From a virus (lineage: Duplodnaviria; Caudoviricetes), in IMG/VR virus record IMGVR_UViG_3300044850_000073, positions 1 through 62,010 of that record: a stretch of DNA of 62,010 nucleotides. One strand, written 5' to 3'. This document shows, in pieces, positions 8,701 through 18,040 of this stretch (the first letter of the stretch is position 1; each line of letters starts with the position of its first letter). The translations under genes and the position numbers were made by a program. The notes beneath the pieces are model-generated. The model was given only the letters and a program-made list of their open reading frames with translations. It searched no databases and had not been told where the DNA came from.

Positions 8701-10448
8701 ACAAGATAAAAGCTAGTCTTGACCTAGATCAGTCTACTTTTACTTTAGCCAAGGCTAATGTTGACTACAAAATAAGTGGTGCCGAAAGAGAACTAGAAGC
8801 ACTTAAGGATAGAAATGCATCAGAATCTGAAATAAAAGCAAAAGAACTTGAGATAAAAGACCTAAAAGAACAACAAGCTGGTATTGAAAAAGAAGCTTCG
8901 ATAGCAAAATTAAATGGACTTGCTGCAACACAGAAGGCAGAACGTCAAAGCTTAGAACAAACGCAAAGAATGCGTCAACTTGAGCTTGAAATAGCTATCA
9001 TTAGAGCACGAGCTGATCAAAATGCTGCCAAGGCAGCACTTACCAGATATGAACAAAAACGAAAAGAAGCACAAATTGATGCCTTCAAAGACGGAAAAGT
9101 TACAGATGAGGAACTGGAAAGGATAAATTATTTCGACGAGCTGGTGAATCTTAGTAAGCAAAATGTTAGCTTAAGAAATCAAGAGGTAGCTGCTCTTGAA
9201 AAAAGCAAAAAATCAGTACAAGAGCAAAATCAGGTTGAAAAAGATACACTAGGTATCAGACAGCAAACGGAAGTAAATACAGCACAAGCAGCAGTTAATT
9301 CACAGAATATTACAGCATCAGCGACTGCTGCGGCTCGTGCCACCTTGGGGATAGCAACAGCAGCCAAACAAGTTTCCTATGGACTTATTCAAGCAGGAGG
9401 CAAGGTTATAGAACTGACTAGTGCTGCGAGTGGTACCAACAGTGCTTTTGCTCAGGTTGGAAGAAGTGCCGCCGCCGCTGGCGGGCAAATATCCGCTGGT
9501 CTTGATGGGGCAGCGTCTTCTGTAGAAAGTATTGCAACCGCCGCTAAAGAGGCAACTGGTCAGATAGTAACTTCAGTGCAAGAACTAGGCAACGTAGGCG
9601 GACAGGCCGCAGACAACCTGCAGGGTATTGCAAGCCCCTTGCAGGGCCTTAAAGGCTCTTTTGACGAGGTTACAACTGCCGCGAATAATATCGCGACACC
9701 TATCGAAGGTGCCCAAGATTCCATTAGTCCCTTGAATGACGCTACAGGTACGCTTGCTACCAATTTTGGCGGCGCAGCAGAAGCAGCCTCTGGTCTCAGC
9801 TCTTCAGTGTCTGGTGTTGCTACTAGTGCTGCATCTGCAGGAGTAAACTCGCGTGAATTGCCAGAGAACCTAGGAGAAGCAGAAACCAAAGCGCAATCTA
9901 TTTCTGATAAATTAAATAGTCTAGATGGCACAAGGATAAGTGTAGAAGTATCTTATAGTGGAGGTCTGCCTGGATTCTGGACGGGCGGTCCTGTTAATGC
10001 AGGCAAATTAATTCGTGTAAACGAACTAGGAAAAGAATCATTCTTGTCCAATAGTGGCAAGCTTTCGATGATTAATAAGCCCAGAAATGCTACATTCCGT
10101 CCGCCCACCAGTGGTACAATCATCCCTGCTCATATTACTAAGATGATGAATATACCGCGTAGTGGCGTCAAAGTAAGCCGCAACGCCAGTTCCAAGATCT
10201 CCAGGACATCAACTGGCAATTCTTCTATTGCAGCCATGACTAGAGCTATTGCTGGGGCTCTTAATGAGATTAAGCAGCCTAGTAATATCAAACAAGATTA
10301 TGGGCAGGCAGAAGCTGCGCAAGCAGCGCAACTTGGTCGTCTACATAATGCGATCAATCGCTTATCTGAGAAGAACTGGAATGTTAATGTCAACCTACGG
10401 AATACTGGTAGTACAGGTTATCTTGATGCGTTAAATCGCAGTCTGTAA
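5721..10448 (+). CDS. Tail tape measure protein
   Basis: 1575 aa, Ala/Gly-rich helical; QAFGKGKLQAEELNQQISE tape-measure motif; C-terminal GGPVNAG..VNELGKE motif. Confidence 0.93.
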   Translation: MAKNYIEFELRPNVAIGEFTRKFNALEGEAQRAFLDASTVQPKPVTQKVTLQAELNETGFKSAVALTDGIKKNSEQLSTFINQANKLQDGSVAKLKQQLAQATQVRNEIARYETSIGGVAAIVRSVNPLWTEQNNRVKLLREELNKASASSFWDRLKVDLNFGAFEKFGGVVNGLVNTFQSLGIIFGQIIAPINDVIDTLGKLQGIDLTFRAIGQGPADVATIFQASTDIATKYGVSLNAVREGFVKLSPTVLAAGGNLGQVEGVVSALSSRFAAFGLSADQANRVLNGIIQAFGKGKLQAEELNQQISEADPAFRVDFAEALQKAGKELGILGGKADGTVANLNELVKNGEITADVLLAVLPYTEKLSSAFGALGPTAQSALQAFAKGQATVKQVTTQIQNLNQLNFETLAKSVQPLIQSFIQLQAIATDTFAVFLKSEAFKLLSTVLSDLVGGIVFIVTALVKLGTAFAAILDPVLGALNAINSVIPVTKLLGVALGVFLAGSVIKLATSAIPLLIGSTRALIAANQAWLASTLASSAPIGKLASTIKSNVIPSLLAFGANLKGKTLSGLASLIVSTKTATTALDRIKGVTGAAGGSFGILAPTISALASRFTSTAASSKAAGKAIQTTGATAANAAGDLLGTAAATAAGEIAADLAAKSFGKYQAASKAAGGAAKAASGSFKITGDVLEGVNAGTAAAGINWGKFLAVLRVTALPVAVAATAFAALNTATNTSSAAAKSFEEAFKSIKTELQNTKATLKSATSEFQSFINVVNQIRREQGAKIPQFLEGLDVSRASEGLQKGKAEIEETFADLTKEIDKYDRATASDRSTENIKAGVKAKIQSYDALIQANIAARNEFAKKWKDSGASPQNIAALKKYAAEIEQLRRDRQKFVNEAAAKGITFNAEVSTEEFNGSIEFLKAEIKSLGEDSASIKIGLNEPYRQKLNQEIIGIKQVLQLLENDPVLIKAEVQFKAQISELKAAVDLGKAYADKIKASLDLDQSTFTLAKANVDYKISGAERELEALKDRNASESEIKAKELEIKDLKEQQAGIEKEASIAKLNGLAATQKAERQSLEQTQRMRQLELEIAIIRARADQNAAKAALTRYEQKRKEAQIDAFKDGKVTDEELERINYFDELVNLSKQNVSLRNQEVAALEKSKKSVQEQNQVEKDTLGIRQQTEVNTAQAAVNSQNITASATAAARATLGIATAAKQVSYGLIQAGGKVIELTSAASGTNSAFAQVGRSAAAAGGQISAGLDGAASSVESIATAAKEATGQIVTSVQELGNVGGQAADNLQGIASPLQGLKGSFDEVTTAANNIATPIEGAQDSISPLNDATGTLATNFGGAAEAASGLSSSVSGVATSAASAGVNSRELPENLGEAETKAQSISDKLNSLDGTRISVEVSYSGGLPGFWTGGPVNAGKLIRVNELGKESFLSNSGKLSMINKPRNATFRPPTSGTIIPAHITKMMNIPRSGVKVSRNASSKISRTSTGNSSIAAMTRAIAGALNEIKQPSNIKQDYGQAEAAQAAQLGRLHNAINRLSEKNWNVNVNLRNTGSTGYLDALNRSL

Positions 10449-11209
10449 TGGCAGTTACTCTTGATAGTACTACCTTCGATAGTTTATATTTAAGAGATCA
10501 GCCTGTTGGCTATGAATCTAATAACGTAATACGTGGCAGGACGGCAAGAAGTTGGACAATTTCTGGCCTTGTTTCGCCAAGTGATTGGTATGCATTGCTT
10601 GGTATTTATGACACATGGCGCGATGCGCGAATCCTGGAGGAAGCTCCGACTGCAACTTCTACTGTCGGTTCAACTGTTAGCTTATCAGTTGATGGGCCTG
10701 GAAATTATTCTTGGAACAATGTTGATTGTTGGTTTTCAAGTGCCCCAGCGGCATCACAAAATGGCAGCTACCTAGAGATTGAATTCAGTCTAGTCGATGC
10801 TGCACAGCAGCTTCAGATTTATATTCTTGAAATAGAAGATCCTACAGGCGGCGGTGGTACCACAGAAGAGCCTGACCTTGGTACATATACAATTGGCAGT
10901 ACCGTCTTAACATTACGTAAACCAATTGATACTTTTGCCAATGGTCCGGCCCTAGAATTAACAGCGGGTGGTACCCATTACATTACTGGTCCACTTGTCG
11001 CTTTTAAAATCAAAGACATTGAGGGTGAAACTGATGCTGCTGGGTGGGCTGGGGTTCTATCTTGGTATGAGTCTCAAATTATCGCTACACCAAGCCCCGG
11101 TAGTTACTTTCCAGTAACAGCACCAACCGCATCTGCGGAACGCCGTCTAGTGGGAGGTGTTCCAACCGATATTTACACTGTATCGATACAACTTGGTCTT
11201 GTGATCTGA
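10448..11209 (+). CDS. Putative distal tail / tail-tip protein with internal duplication
   Basis: Coupled to tape measure; two similar ~125-aa halves. Confidence 0.55.
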   Translation: MAVTLDSTTFDSLYLRDQPVGYESNNVIRGRTARSWTISGLVSPSDWYALLGIYDTWRDARILEEAPTATSTVGSTVSLSVDGPGNYSWNNVDCWFSSAPAASQNGSYLEIEFSLVDAAQQLQIYILEIEDPTGGGGTTEEPDLGTYTIGSTVLTLRKPIDTFANGPALELTAGGTHYITGPLVAFKIKDIEGETDAAGWAGVLSWYESQIIATPSPGSYFPVTAPTASAERRLVGGVPTDIYTVSIQLGLVI

Positions 11210-11224
11210 TAAATATATTTGATT

Positions 11225-11233
11225 GGCATACTA
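11225..11233 (+). promoter_or_regulatory. Putative late promoter box GGCATACTA
   Basis: Motif upstream of scaffold gene. Confidence 0.75.
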
Positions 11234-11242
11234 CAACGCCCC

Positions 11243-11259
11243 TTAGGCGTGATGCCTGG
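11243..11259 (+). promoter_or_regulatory. GNGAY pentaloop leader hairpin (scaffold)
   Basis: ttaggc-GTGAT-gcctgg, 1 nt before ATG 11261. Confidence 0.7.
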
Positions 11260-11260
11260 T

Positions 11261-11995
11261 ATGTCCGACGAAAATCAACAGGTGCTTGAGACAAGCGCTA
11301 GTGGAAGTGATCAAACTGGTGACGATTCAGATAATCGACGGAACTATTCCGAAGAAGAAGTTCAGAACCTGCTAAAAGCACTCAAATCTGAGCGTGAAGC
11401 ACGTAAAGTATACGAAAAGGAGGTCAAAGAAAAAGCGGCATTACTTGAAAAGTTTGCTGACATTAATCCGAATGAATACCGCCAACTTCAAGAAGAAGTT
11501 GCTGTTGCTGCCCGAGAGAAGGCAGCAGTTGAAGAACGAACTGCATTGCTTGAAGAAAAATACGGCACGCAAGCAGCGGAAGCATCTAAGATGCGTGACA
11601 ATGCAATGCGTGAATTGCTTGAATTCCGTAAACGCTATGCCCTAGAGAAAGTATTTTTCTCTGCAGGCGGCCGGACTGACTCGGCTGATAATGTATCATT
11701 TTTTGATATGCTGGCCAACCAAATTGGTGGTCAGTTTCGCCTAGAAAATGATGGTAGCATTACTGTTATCGATGCTGCAGGTGATCCCGTACTCGACAAG
11801 GAGTCCGGTCGTCGCGTTAATCCAGAGGACTTCTTGGCGCAATACAAAACGCATCCGATCTACGGTACTTTCTTTAAAGGAAACAAAGGATCTGGCGCTG
11901 GTATTGGCTATGGTGGAACTGACGCGAACGGGGTTACGTCCGAAGACCTTCATGGTCTAAGTGTAGACGAACTATTCCAGCGTGCTTTCGGGTAG
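11261..11995 (+). CDS. Head scaffolding protein (start 11261; ORF track start 11219)
   Basis: Acidic N-terminus, coiled coil (ALKSERE), KGSGAG C-terminal motif, directly upstream of major capsid gene. Confidence 0.85.
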   Translation: MSDENQQVLETSASGSDQTGDDSDNRRNYSEEEVQNLLKALKSEREARKVYEKEVKEKAALLEKFADINPNEYRQLQEEVAVAAREKAAVEERTALLEEKYGTQAAEASKMRDNAMRELLEFRKRYALEKVFFSAGGRTDSADNVSFFDMLANQIGGQFRLENDGSITVIDAAGDPVLDKESGRRVNPEDFLAQYKTHPIYGTFFKGNKGSGAGIGYGGTDANGVTSEDLHGLSVDELFQRAFG

Positions 11996-12025
11996 TCCAC
12001 GCGTTATAACGCTTTGACATTTAAC

Positions 12026-12049
12026 ACCGGTCAAATGATCGGTTTTTTT
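12026..12049 (+). terminator. Intrinsic terminator after scaffold gene
   Basis: accggtca-aa-tgatcggt plus T tract. Confidence 0.8.
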
Positions 12050-12078
12050 ATGAAAATTAATATTTTGTATTTTATTTG

Positions 12079-12087
12079 GGTACTCTA
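12079..12087 (+). promoter_or_regulatory. Putative late promoter box GGTACTCTA
   Basis: Motif, inside inverted repeat 12077-12100. Confidence 0.7.
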
Positions 12088-12095
12088 AGGTGAGT

Positions 12096-12167
12096 ACCCA
12101 GCCCTGAGTTGGTTGTGATGACCTATCAGGGAGGGTCTAGCGTTAATGGATGAGACATCCTGAGGCG
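12096..12167 (+). promoter_or_regulatory. Structured major capsid leader with two GNGAY pentaloop hairpins
   Basis: ccctga..ggtt-GTGAT-gacc..tcaggg; cgtt..ggat-GAGAC-atcc..ggcg. Confidence 0.7.
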
Positions 12168-12209
12168 ATTTACCTTTCCTGTCAAAGCACACTTTAACCG
12201 CTTAGGAAC

Positions 12210-13109
12210 ATGGCATTAACTCTGATTGAGGCTAAAAAGCACTCTTCCAACCCTCAAGAGCTGGCAATTATCACCGAACTGGCTGCCGGCCCTCTGCTTC
12301 AAAATCTGCCTTTCCGCGAAGTTCAAGGCAATGGCCTGTTCTGGAAGCGTGAGGAATCCCTCGGCGATGTGGGCTTCCGTACGTTCAACAGTGGCTATGC
12401 CGAGAGCTATGCCACCGTCAAACAGCACAGCGAAGCGCTGAAGCTGTTCGGTGGTGATATCAAGGTCGACCGCGCTATCGTTGACCTGGAGGGTCCCGAA
12501 GCTCGCGCCTATCAAATTCAGGCCAAGACCCGCGCAATGCGCCTGGCTTTCGAGGCTCTGTTCATCAACGGTGACTCGAACACCAGCGGCGCCGAGTTCG
12601 ACGGCCTGGCAAATCGCCTGCCCTCTAGCTCTTCTCAGTATATTGAGAATGCTGCTACCCCCGGCGCACTTGATCTGGGTGCTCTGGATGAGGTTATCGA
12701 TGCAGTGGATGCCCAGGGCGGCCAGAAGTATCTGGTGATGTCGAAGTCTGCCCGTCGTCATCTGAGCAAAGTGGCTCGCGCCTCTTCTCAGATCGATATC
12801 GAGCGCAACGATTTCGGTTATCAGCAACTGTTCTACGGCGGCATCCCCGTCCTGGAGCTTGATCGCGACCATCAGAACGTGGCGATCCTGGATAGCGATC
12901 CGAGTGATCAATCCATCTATGTGGTGGCCTTCGGCAATGATCTGCTGACTGGTCTGCAGAACGGTGGTCCTCAGGTGCGTGACCTGGGTGAAGCGACCGA
13001 TTCGCCGGTGCTTGTGACTCGCGTTGAATGGTATTGCGGGATGGCGCTGATCAACGGTCGTGCCGCTGCTCGCCTTGCGAACGTCGATGCTACGGCTGCT
13101 ATTGCCTGA
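12210..13109 (+). CDS. Major capsid protein (HK97 fold)
   Basis: MALTLIEA..LLQNLPF..GGDIKVD..ALFINGD..EFDGL..RVEWYCGMA pattern; strong codon bias; followed by terminator. Confidence 0.92.
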   Translation: MALTLIEAKKHSSNPQELAIITELAAGPLLQNLPFREVQGNGLFWKREESLGDVGFRTFNSGYAESYATVKQHSEALKLFGGDIKVDRAIVDLEGPEARAYQIQAKTRAMRLAFEALFINGDSNTSGAEFDGLANRLPSSSSQYIENAATPGALDLGALDEVIDAVDAQGGQKYLVMSKSARRHLSKVARASSQIDIERNDFGYQQLFYGGIPVLELDRDHQNVAILDSDPSDQSIYVVAFGNDLLTGLQNGGPQVRDLGEATDSPVLVTRVEWYCGMALINGRAAARLANVDATAAIA

Positions 13110-13126
13110 GTTTAGCTTAGATTATT

Positions 13127-13150
13127 GGCCCCAGAAATGGGGCCTTTTTT
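13127..13150 (+). terminator. Intrinsic terminator after capsid gene
   Basis: ggcccc-agaaat-ggggcc-T6. Confidence 0.9.
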
Positions 13151-13164
13151 ATTGCCTGACACTA

Positions 13165-13173
13165 GGTAAACTA
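13165..13173 (+). promoter_or_regulatory. Putative late promoter box GGTAAACTA
   Basis: Motif upstream of 13194. Confidence 0.75.
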
Positions 13174-13193
13174 ATCTAGTCGAATTACTAGCA

Positions 13194-13523
13194 GTGGTTC
13201 CTGGAAGGTACGACATTAAAATATACCAGCGAGCTACGTTCAAACAGGAAGTCACGCTGCCAATCGACCTGAGTGGACATCAAGTATTCGCCCAAATATG
13301 GGACAGTAAGCGCAGAAATAAAGTCCTAGATATGGAAGTAGAAATGATAGACGAATCTCTTGGCAAGTTCAACTTAATTGTTGATTGGCCGGAAACTACA
13401 CCACTTAAAAAAGCAGCAGAATGGGACTTGATGGTTGAGTATGCAAACGGAGATCGTGATTATTGGCTTGAAGGTTTAGTGACAATTGATCCTGGATTTA
13501 CCGCACCAGAGGACGCAGACTGA
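13194..13523 (+). CDS. BppU N-terminal-like fibre-anchoring structural protein
   Basis: [25 protein letters not shown] pattern; coupled to fibre gene. Confidence 0.6.
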   Translation: MVPGRYDIKIYQRATFKQEVTLPIDLSGHQVFAQIWDSKRRNKVLDMEVEMIDESLGKFNLIVDWPETTPLKKAAEWDLMVEYANGDRDYWLEGLVTIDPGFTAPEDAD

Positions 13524-16500
13524 TGCCAGATTTAATTGTTGAAATCGTTACTAACGTTGCGGCTGTTGAATTAGGTGCAACCCCAATTGTTGAGACCGTA
13601 ACTGTCGCAACAGTAGGCCCCCAGGGTCCTCAAGGGGCTACTGGCGTAGCCGGCGAGGCCGGCACTGATGGCGCAACTGGAGTTACTGGAGCTACTGGCC
13701 CGATTGGCGCTACTGGCGTTACTGGAGCAACTGGCCCTCAAGGTGATCCTGGTGGTGCAACAGGCGCTACCGGTGCCACTGGGGCTGGCGTAACTGGTGC
13801 TACTGGTGTCCAAGGCGAAGTTGGGGTAACTGGATCGACAGGCCCTACAGGTCCGCAAGGCGCTGATGCATTATGGAATTTTGTTGGCGAATACAATAAT
13901 GGAGCCGACTATTATCCTGGCGATGTTGTAACATTTGCCGGCGGCACTTATTACAGAATTGGTGAACCCAATCCTGGGTATTACCCGACTGATCCTAATT
14001 ATTGGACTGCCGTTGCATTACCGGGTGCTGTCGGAGCTACTGGTGCTGATGGTATCACTGGTGCAACTGGTGCAACTGGTGACGTCGGTATTACCGGCGC
14101 TACTGGTATCGATGGTCCGACAGGTGTCACGGGAGCTTCTGGCGCCACTGGTGTTACTGGCGCCACTGGTGTTGTCGGCCAAAGCGGTCCAACTGGTCCC
14201 AGCGGATTAATTGGTATTACTGGAGCAACTGGTGTCGTTGGCGTAAGTGGTGCAACTGGTGTTGCTGGCGCCACTGGTGTTACTGGCGCAACTGGCGAGA
14301 CTGGTGCAGTTGGCCCTGAACCTTCTTCTACCACATACACAGTTGATCTGGTCTCAACTGTTAATCCGCAAGCTTCCGGTATTACCAGCACCCAGCTACA
14401 GATCACTGGAACTGCCGGCGAATTTCAGTATACATACGAAACCTTAAGTGGCGTAGAAATTACCGGGACTGATGGTGAGTTTTCTTGTAACGCTGTTAGC
14501 GGGGAATTATTGGCCGACTGGACTATGGTTGTCCAGATTGCTGGCACTTTAACGGGTACTGGTTCTATTACCGGTTACACCAGCGGTAAGGTTTACACAG
14601 TTAAGCAAACCAATGGTTCTACAACTTTCCAATTGGTTGAACTGGTTACATCAAGTGGCCTAACGCCAGTTGTTACTACTCCTGGCAGTGTAACTGGCCT
14701 TACCTTTTATCTTGGATACCGTATAGCGCAGCGTCAGCGCCTGTTGATTAGTGGAACGAACTCAGGCACTGGCAGTATTTCCGGTTACAGCAGCGGAACC
14801 CTTTATAAGATTAAAGACACCACGGTAGTCGGACCTACAAATGGTGTCGTTACATTCGCATTGAATGACAATAACGATGTTGGTATCGCAACTACCGCCG
14901 GAACGACAACAGGCCTAGTCTGTTACATGGTGTATGGTAACTATATAAACGGTGATGTCACTGATGTCCAGATGTTTGGCGACTATGGCGCTGGTGATTT
15001 CTATGATATAAATGACCAAGGCGGGCTGTATCCAGGATTTATATTGTATTTCACGTTTAATGGTGTAAATAATTTAAATCAGATTGATTTAAATCTTAAC
15101 TATATAAACACATCAACTCATACTATTTTACTGCAGATTTACGATTTTGCTGCAGGGCAGTGGATCGAAGTAACCAGATATCAAGGTCTTTCTTCTTGGA
15201 CTCAGTTCCAGCCTGGACTTATTTCCGGAACACCGTATATCAACGGTTTAAATGAAACCTATATCAGGCTTTATCACCAATCCTCTGGTGCTAGCAGTCA
15301 TTATTCTTATATTGACTATGTTGCAGTAGTTGATTCTATCTCCGGTGGACAGGGACCCAGAGGTGCTACTGGCCCTCAGGGTGCAACTGGGGTTACTGGG
15401 GTAACTGGCGCTACGGGCATTGCTGGCATTTCTGCTAGCGGTCGTATCTGGTATTTTGCCCAGGCTGCATCTGACATCAGTGGATATGAAACACTGCAGC
15501 CCGACTCTCCAGATAGTGCCCCTCAGGATGACATGACTGCTGTCACCACTAGCTCTAGTGGTGAAGTCTTGATTAATGAATTTGTCACCGAGGTTGGTGA
15601 TCCTGGTATTAATGAGATACCGACCGGTGAGTATGAGATACGCTTCTGGAGCTATGTCTCCAGTAACGACGGAGATACCAGGCTGGTGTTCCGCGTCTAT
15701 ACGCGTGCAACCAACGGTACTGAAACCCCATTGTTCTATTTGAATTCTCCAGAGATTAATGCAACTACCGCCAGTTATTACAGTCAAATACTGGTAAATA
15801 CTCAGGTAAATCCAATCGATCCAACAGATCGGATTGTAACAAAAGTATACGCAAAAACTACTAGTACTAACAATATTACCGCTCATTTTGTTCATTCTGG
15901 TAATACGCCTAGCTCCTGGAAGACTGCTATTACTCTGGGCTATGTCGGTCCTCAGGGCGCAACTGGTGCCACTGGCGTAGAAGGGCCAACTGGCGCAATT
16001 GGCGTTACGGGCGCGACCGGCCCTCAGGGGTTTACTGGGGAGACTGGTCCTACTGGCGCCACGGGGACACAAGGAGCAACTGGCGCAACTGGCGCAACTG
16101 GCGTAACTGGCTCAACGGGTGTTACTGGTGCTACTGGCGTGAGCGGCGTAGGTGGCGCTACAGGAGCCACTGGTGTTAATGGTGTAACGGGTGCTACTGG
16201 TGTTGTTGGCGTCAGTGGCGCTACGGGTGTCGAAGGACCGACTGGCGTTACCGGTGCAACAGGCGTAGGTGGCGCCACTGGCGCGACTGGTGCTGTTGGC
16301 ATATCTGGCGCTACTGGAGTGATCGGCGTCTCTGGTGCAACTGGCGCCACTGGTGTTGGTATTACCGGTGCCACTGGTATCCAAGGAGCCACAGGGATCC
16401 AGGGCGCGACCGGTGCCACCGGAGTTAATGGTATTACCGGCGCTACTGGCGTCAAGGGAGACGCAGGCGATGCTGGCGCTACTGGTGCAACTGGCGTTGG

Positions 16501-17278
16501 CATTACTGGTGCCACTGGTGTAACTGGAGGTCCTGGGACAACTGGTGCTACTGGTGCCACTGGCGTAACAGGAGCTACTGGAGTAGGAACCCCTGGAAGC
16601 GATGGAGCAACTGGGGCAACCGGCGCGACTGGCGCAACTGGAGTTACTGGAGCCACTGGTGTTGACGGTATCACGGGTGCTACTGGTGTTATTGGTGTTT
16701 CTGGCGCGACTGGTGTTACCGGTGCTACTGGTGTTAATGGTGTAACGGGTGCTACTGGTGTTGTTGGTGTTACTGGGGCAACTGGCGTTGCTGGGGCAAC
16801 TGGCGTAACTGGAGCCACCGGAGTAGGGACCCCTGGAATTGACGGAGCGACAGGCGCGACTGGTGTGGTTGGTGTAACTGGCGCGACTGGTGTAACTGGC
16901 GCGACTGGGGTAATTGGCGTATCTGGCGCGACTGGTGTAACAGGACCCGCTGCACCGAAATCAATTACTATTCTGAATCCAACTACATCAGAAAAGGTTC
17001 CACTTTTTTATACAACAACTGGCTTAACTTTTGCTGCTATTCGGTCCTTAGTAGCCGGCACTTCGCCTAGTGTTACCTTTTCCATAAGGCATGGAAGTGA
17101 CTTCAGCGCCGCCGGAACTGAGGTGGTGAATTCTGGTACTACTGTAACGAGCACTACTACAGGCCTTGCGACAACGACATTTAATAATGCTACTGTTTCC
17201 GCAAATAGCTTTGTTTGGCTGACCACATCAGCTACATCAGGAACCGTTGACCAACTTCACGTGTCATTGTTCTTCTAA
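13523..17278 (+). CDS. Collagen-like fibre protein 1
   Basis: Long Gly-X-Thr tracts (GAT/GVT/GPT) separated by globular domains. Confidence 0.9.
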   Translation: MPDLIVEIVTNVAAVELGATPIVETVTVATVGPQGPQGATGVAGEAGTDGATGVTGATGPIGATGVTGATGPQGDPGGATGATGATGAGVTGATGVQGEVGVTGSTGPTGPQGADALWNFVGEYNNGADYYPGDVVTFAGGTYYRIGEPNPGYYPTDPNYWTAVALPGAVGATGADGITGATGATGDVGITGATGIDGPTGVTGASGATGVTGATGVVGQSGPTGPSGLIGITGATGVVGVSGATGVAGATGVTGATGETGAVGPEPSSTTYTVDLVSTVNPQASGITSTQLQITGTAGEFQYTYETLSGVEITGTDGEFSCNAVSGELLADWTMVVQIAGTLTGTGSITGYTSGKVYTVKQTNGSTTFQLVELVTSSGLTPVVTTPGSVTGLTFYLGYRIAQRQRLLISGTNSGTGSISGYSSGTLYKIKDTTVVGPTNGVVTFALNDNNDVGIATTAGTTTGLVCYMVYGNYINGDVTDVQMFGDYGAGDFYDINDQGGLYPGFILYFTFNGVNNLNQIDLNLNYINTSTHTILLQIYDFAAGQWIEVTRYQGLSSWTQFQPGLISGTPYINGLNETYIRLYHQSSGASSHYSYIDYVAVVDSISGGQGPRGATGPQGATGVTGVTGATGIAGISASGRIWYFAQAASDISGYETLQPDSPDSAPQDDMTAVTTSSSGEVLINEFVTEVGDPGINEIPTGEYEIRFWSYVSSNDGDTRLVFRVYTRATNGTETPLFYLNSPEINATTASYYSQILVNTQVNPIDPTDRIVTKVYAKTTSTNNITAHFVHSGNTPSSWKTAITLGYVGPQGATGATGVEGPTGAIGVTGATGPQGFTGETGPTGATGTQGATGATGATGVTGSTGVTGATGVSGVGGATGATGVNGVTGATGVVGVSGATGVEGPTGVTGATGVGGATGATGAVGISGATGVIGVSGATGATGVGITGATGIQGATGIQGATGATGVNGITGATGVKGDAGDAGATGATGVGITGATGVTGGPGTTGATGATGVTGATGVGTPGSDGATGATGATGATGVTGATGVDGITGATGVIGVSGATGVTGATGVNGVTGATGVVGVTGATGVAGATGVTGATGVGTPGIDGATGATGVVGVTGATGVTGATGVIGVSGATGVTGPAAPKSITILNPTTSEKVPLFYTTTGLTFAAIRSLVAGTSPSVTFSIRHGSDFSAAGTEVVNSGTTVTSTTTGLATTTFNNATVSANSFVWLTTSATSGTVDQLHVSLFF
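15945..16950 (+). repeat. Degenerate 9-nt coding repeats (ggN gcN acN)
   Basis: Encode about 1 kb of near-continuous Gly-X-Y triplets. Confidence 0.9.
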
Positions 17279-17280
17279 TT

Positions 17281-18006
17281 ATGACTGTTTGGAGCCTGGT
17301 TGCAATTGGTGCTGTCGCGACATCAGCACAGGCTGGTGGCAACTTGGCCATCACCGTTCCAGCAGGAGGCCAGAAAGGCGATCTTTATGTTGCAGTAATT
17401 GCCTACAGAAATATTAATACTTTTACCGCCCCTGCTGGCTGGGCGATTCATGAGCAACAATCACTTGGCAATACCAGCACTACAACAACCTCCTCTATTG
17501 GTTCAGGTTTAATTGCATCTATTGTCCGTGGGGATACAGAGCCTGGTGGTACCTTTACGCGAACCGGTGGTGATGTTGGCTATGGTCGAATATTAATTTA
17601 CAGGGCAACTGCCGGAACTCCCAGGTTCGGTACATCTTCTTCTAGTACAGCGGCAGCGAATGCGACTGCTCTGTCTACAGCAGGCTTAAATGTTACCGAT
17701 AGAAATACTTTGATTGTTGCTGGTTTTTGTGGTGCGGATAATACAACTGTTAGCGCTTTTGACGTTGGTGCGACGGTACAAAGTGGTGCTACGAATACTA
17801 CATCACCGCCAACCGTTGACACATGGTATGAACGTGCTGACACCAGTACGACAACTGGCGCCGATACTGCCCTCGGTATTGCGGATGTGGTTATAGGTAC
17901 TATAGGAACCACTGCCAGTATTATCTGTACTGCGGGTAACTCTTCTCGTCATGTAATGGTTAGTGCTGCCTTCTATGTCCCTAAAAGATATGTTCTGGTG
18001 ACATAA
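17281..18006 (+). CDS. Thr/Ala/Gly-rich virion-associated protein
   Basis: 241 aa beta-rich; PAGGQKGDL..TAPAGW pattern; follows fibre gene. Confidence 0.55.
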   Translation: MTVWSLVAIGAVATSAQAGGNLAITVPAGGQKGDLYVAVIAYRNINTFTAPAGWAIHEQQSLGNTSTTTTSSIGSGLIASIVRGDTEPGGTFTRTGGDVGYGRILIYRATAGTPRFGTSSSSTAAANATALSTAGLNVTDRNTLIVAGFCGADNTTVSAFDVGATVQSGATNTTSPPTVDTWYERADTSTTTGADTALGIADVVIGTIGTTASIICTAGNSSRHVMVSAAFYVPKRYVLVT

Positions 18007-18040
18007 TCTCGTTATACTGATTGTAGCGTCAAAAGCATGC

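Noticed and set aside
12216-12911. 231-aa antisense ORF over the capsid gene
   Set aside because: Expected shadow of strongly biased sense codons; no promoter or RBS.
13571-16964. Long antisense and alternate-frame ORFs (PVAPVT repeats)
   Set aside because: Shadows of the collagen codon repeats.
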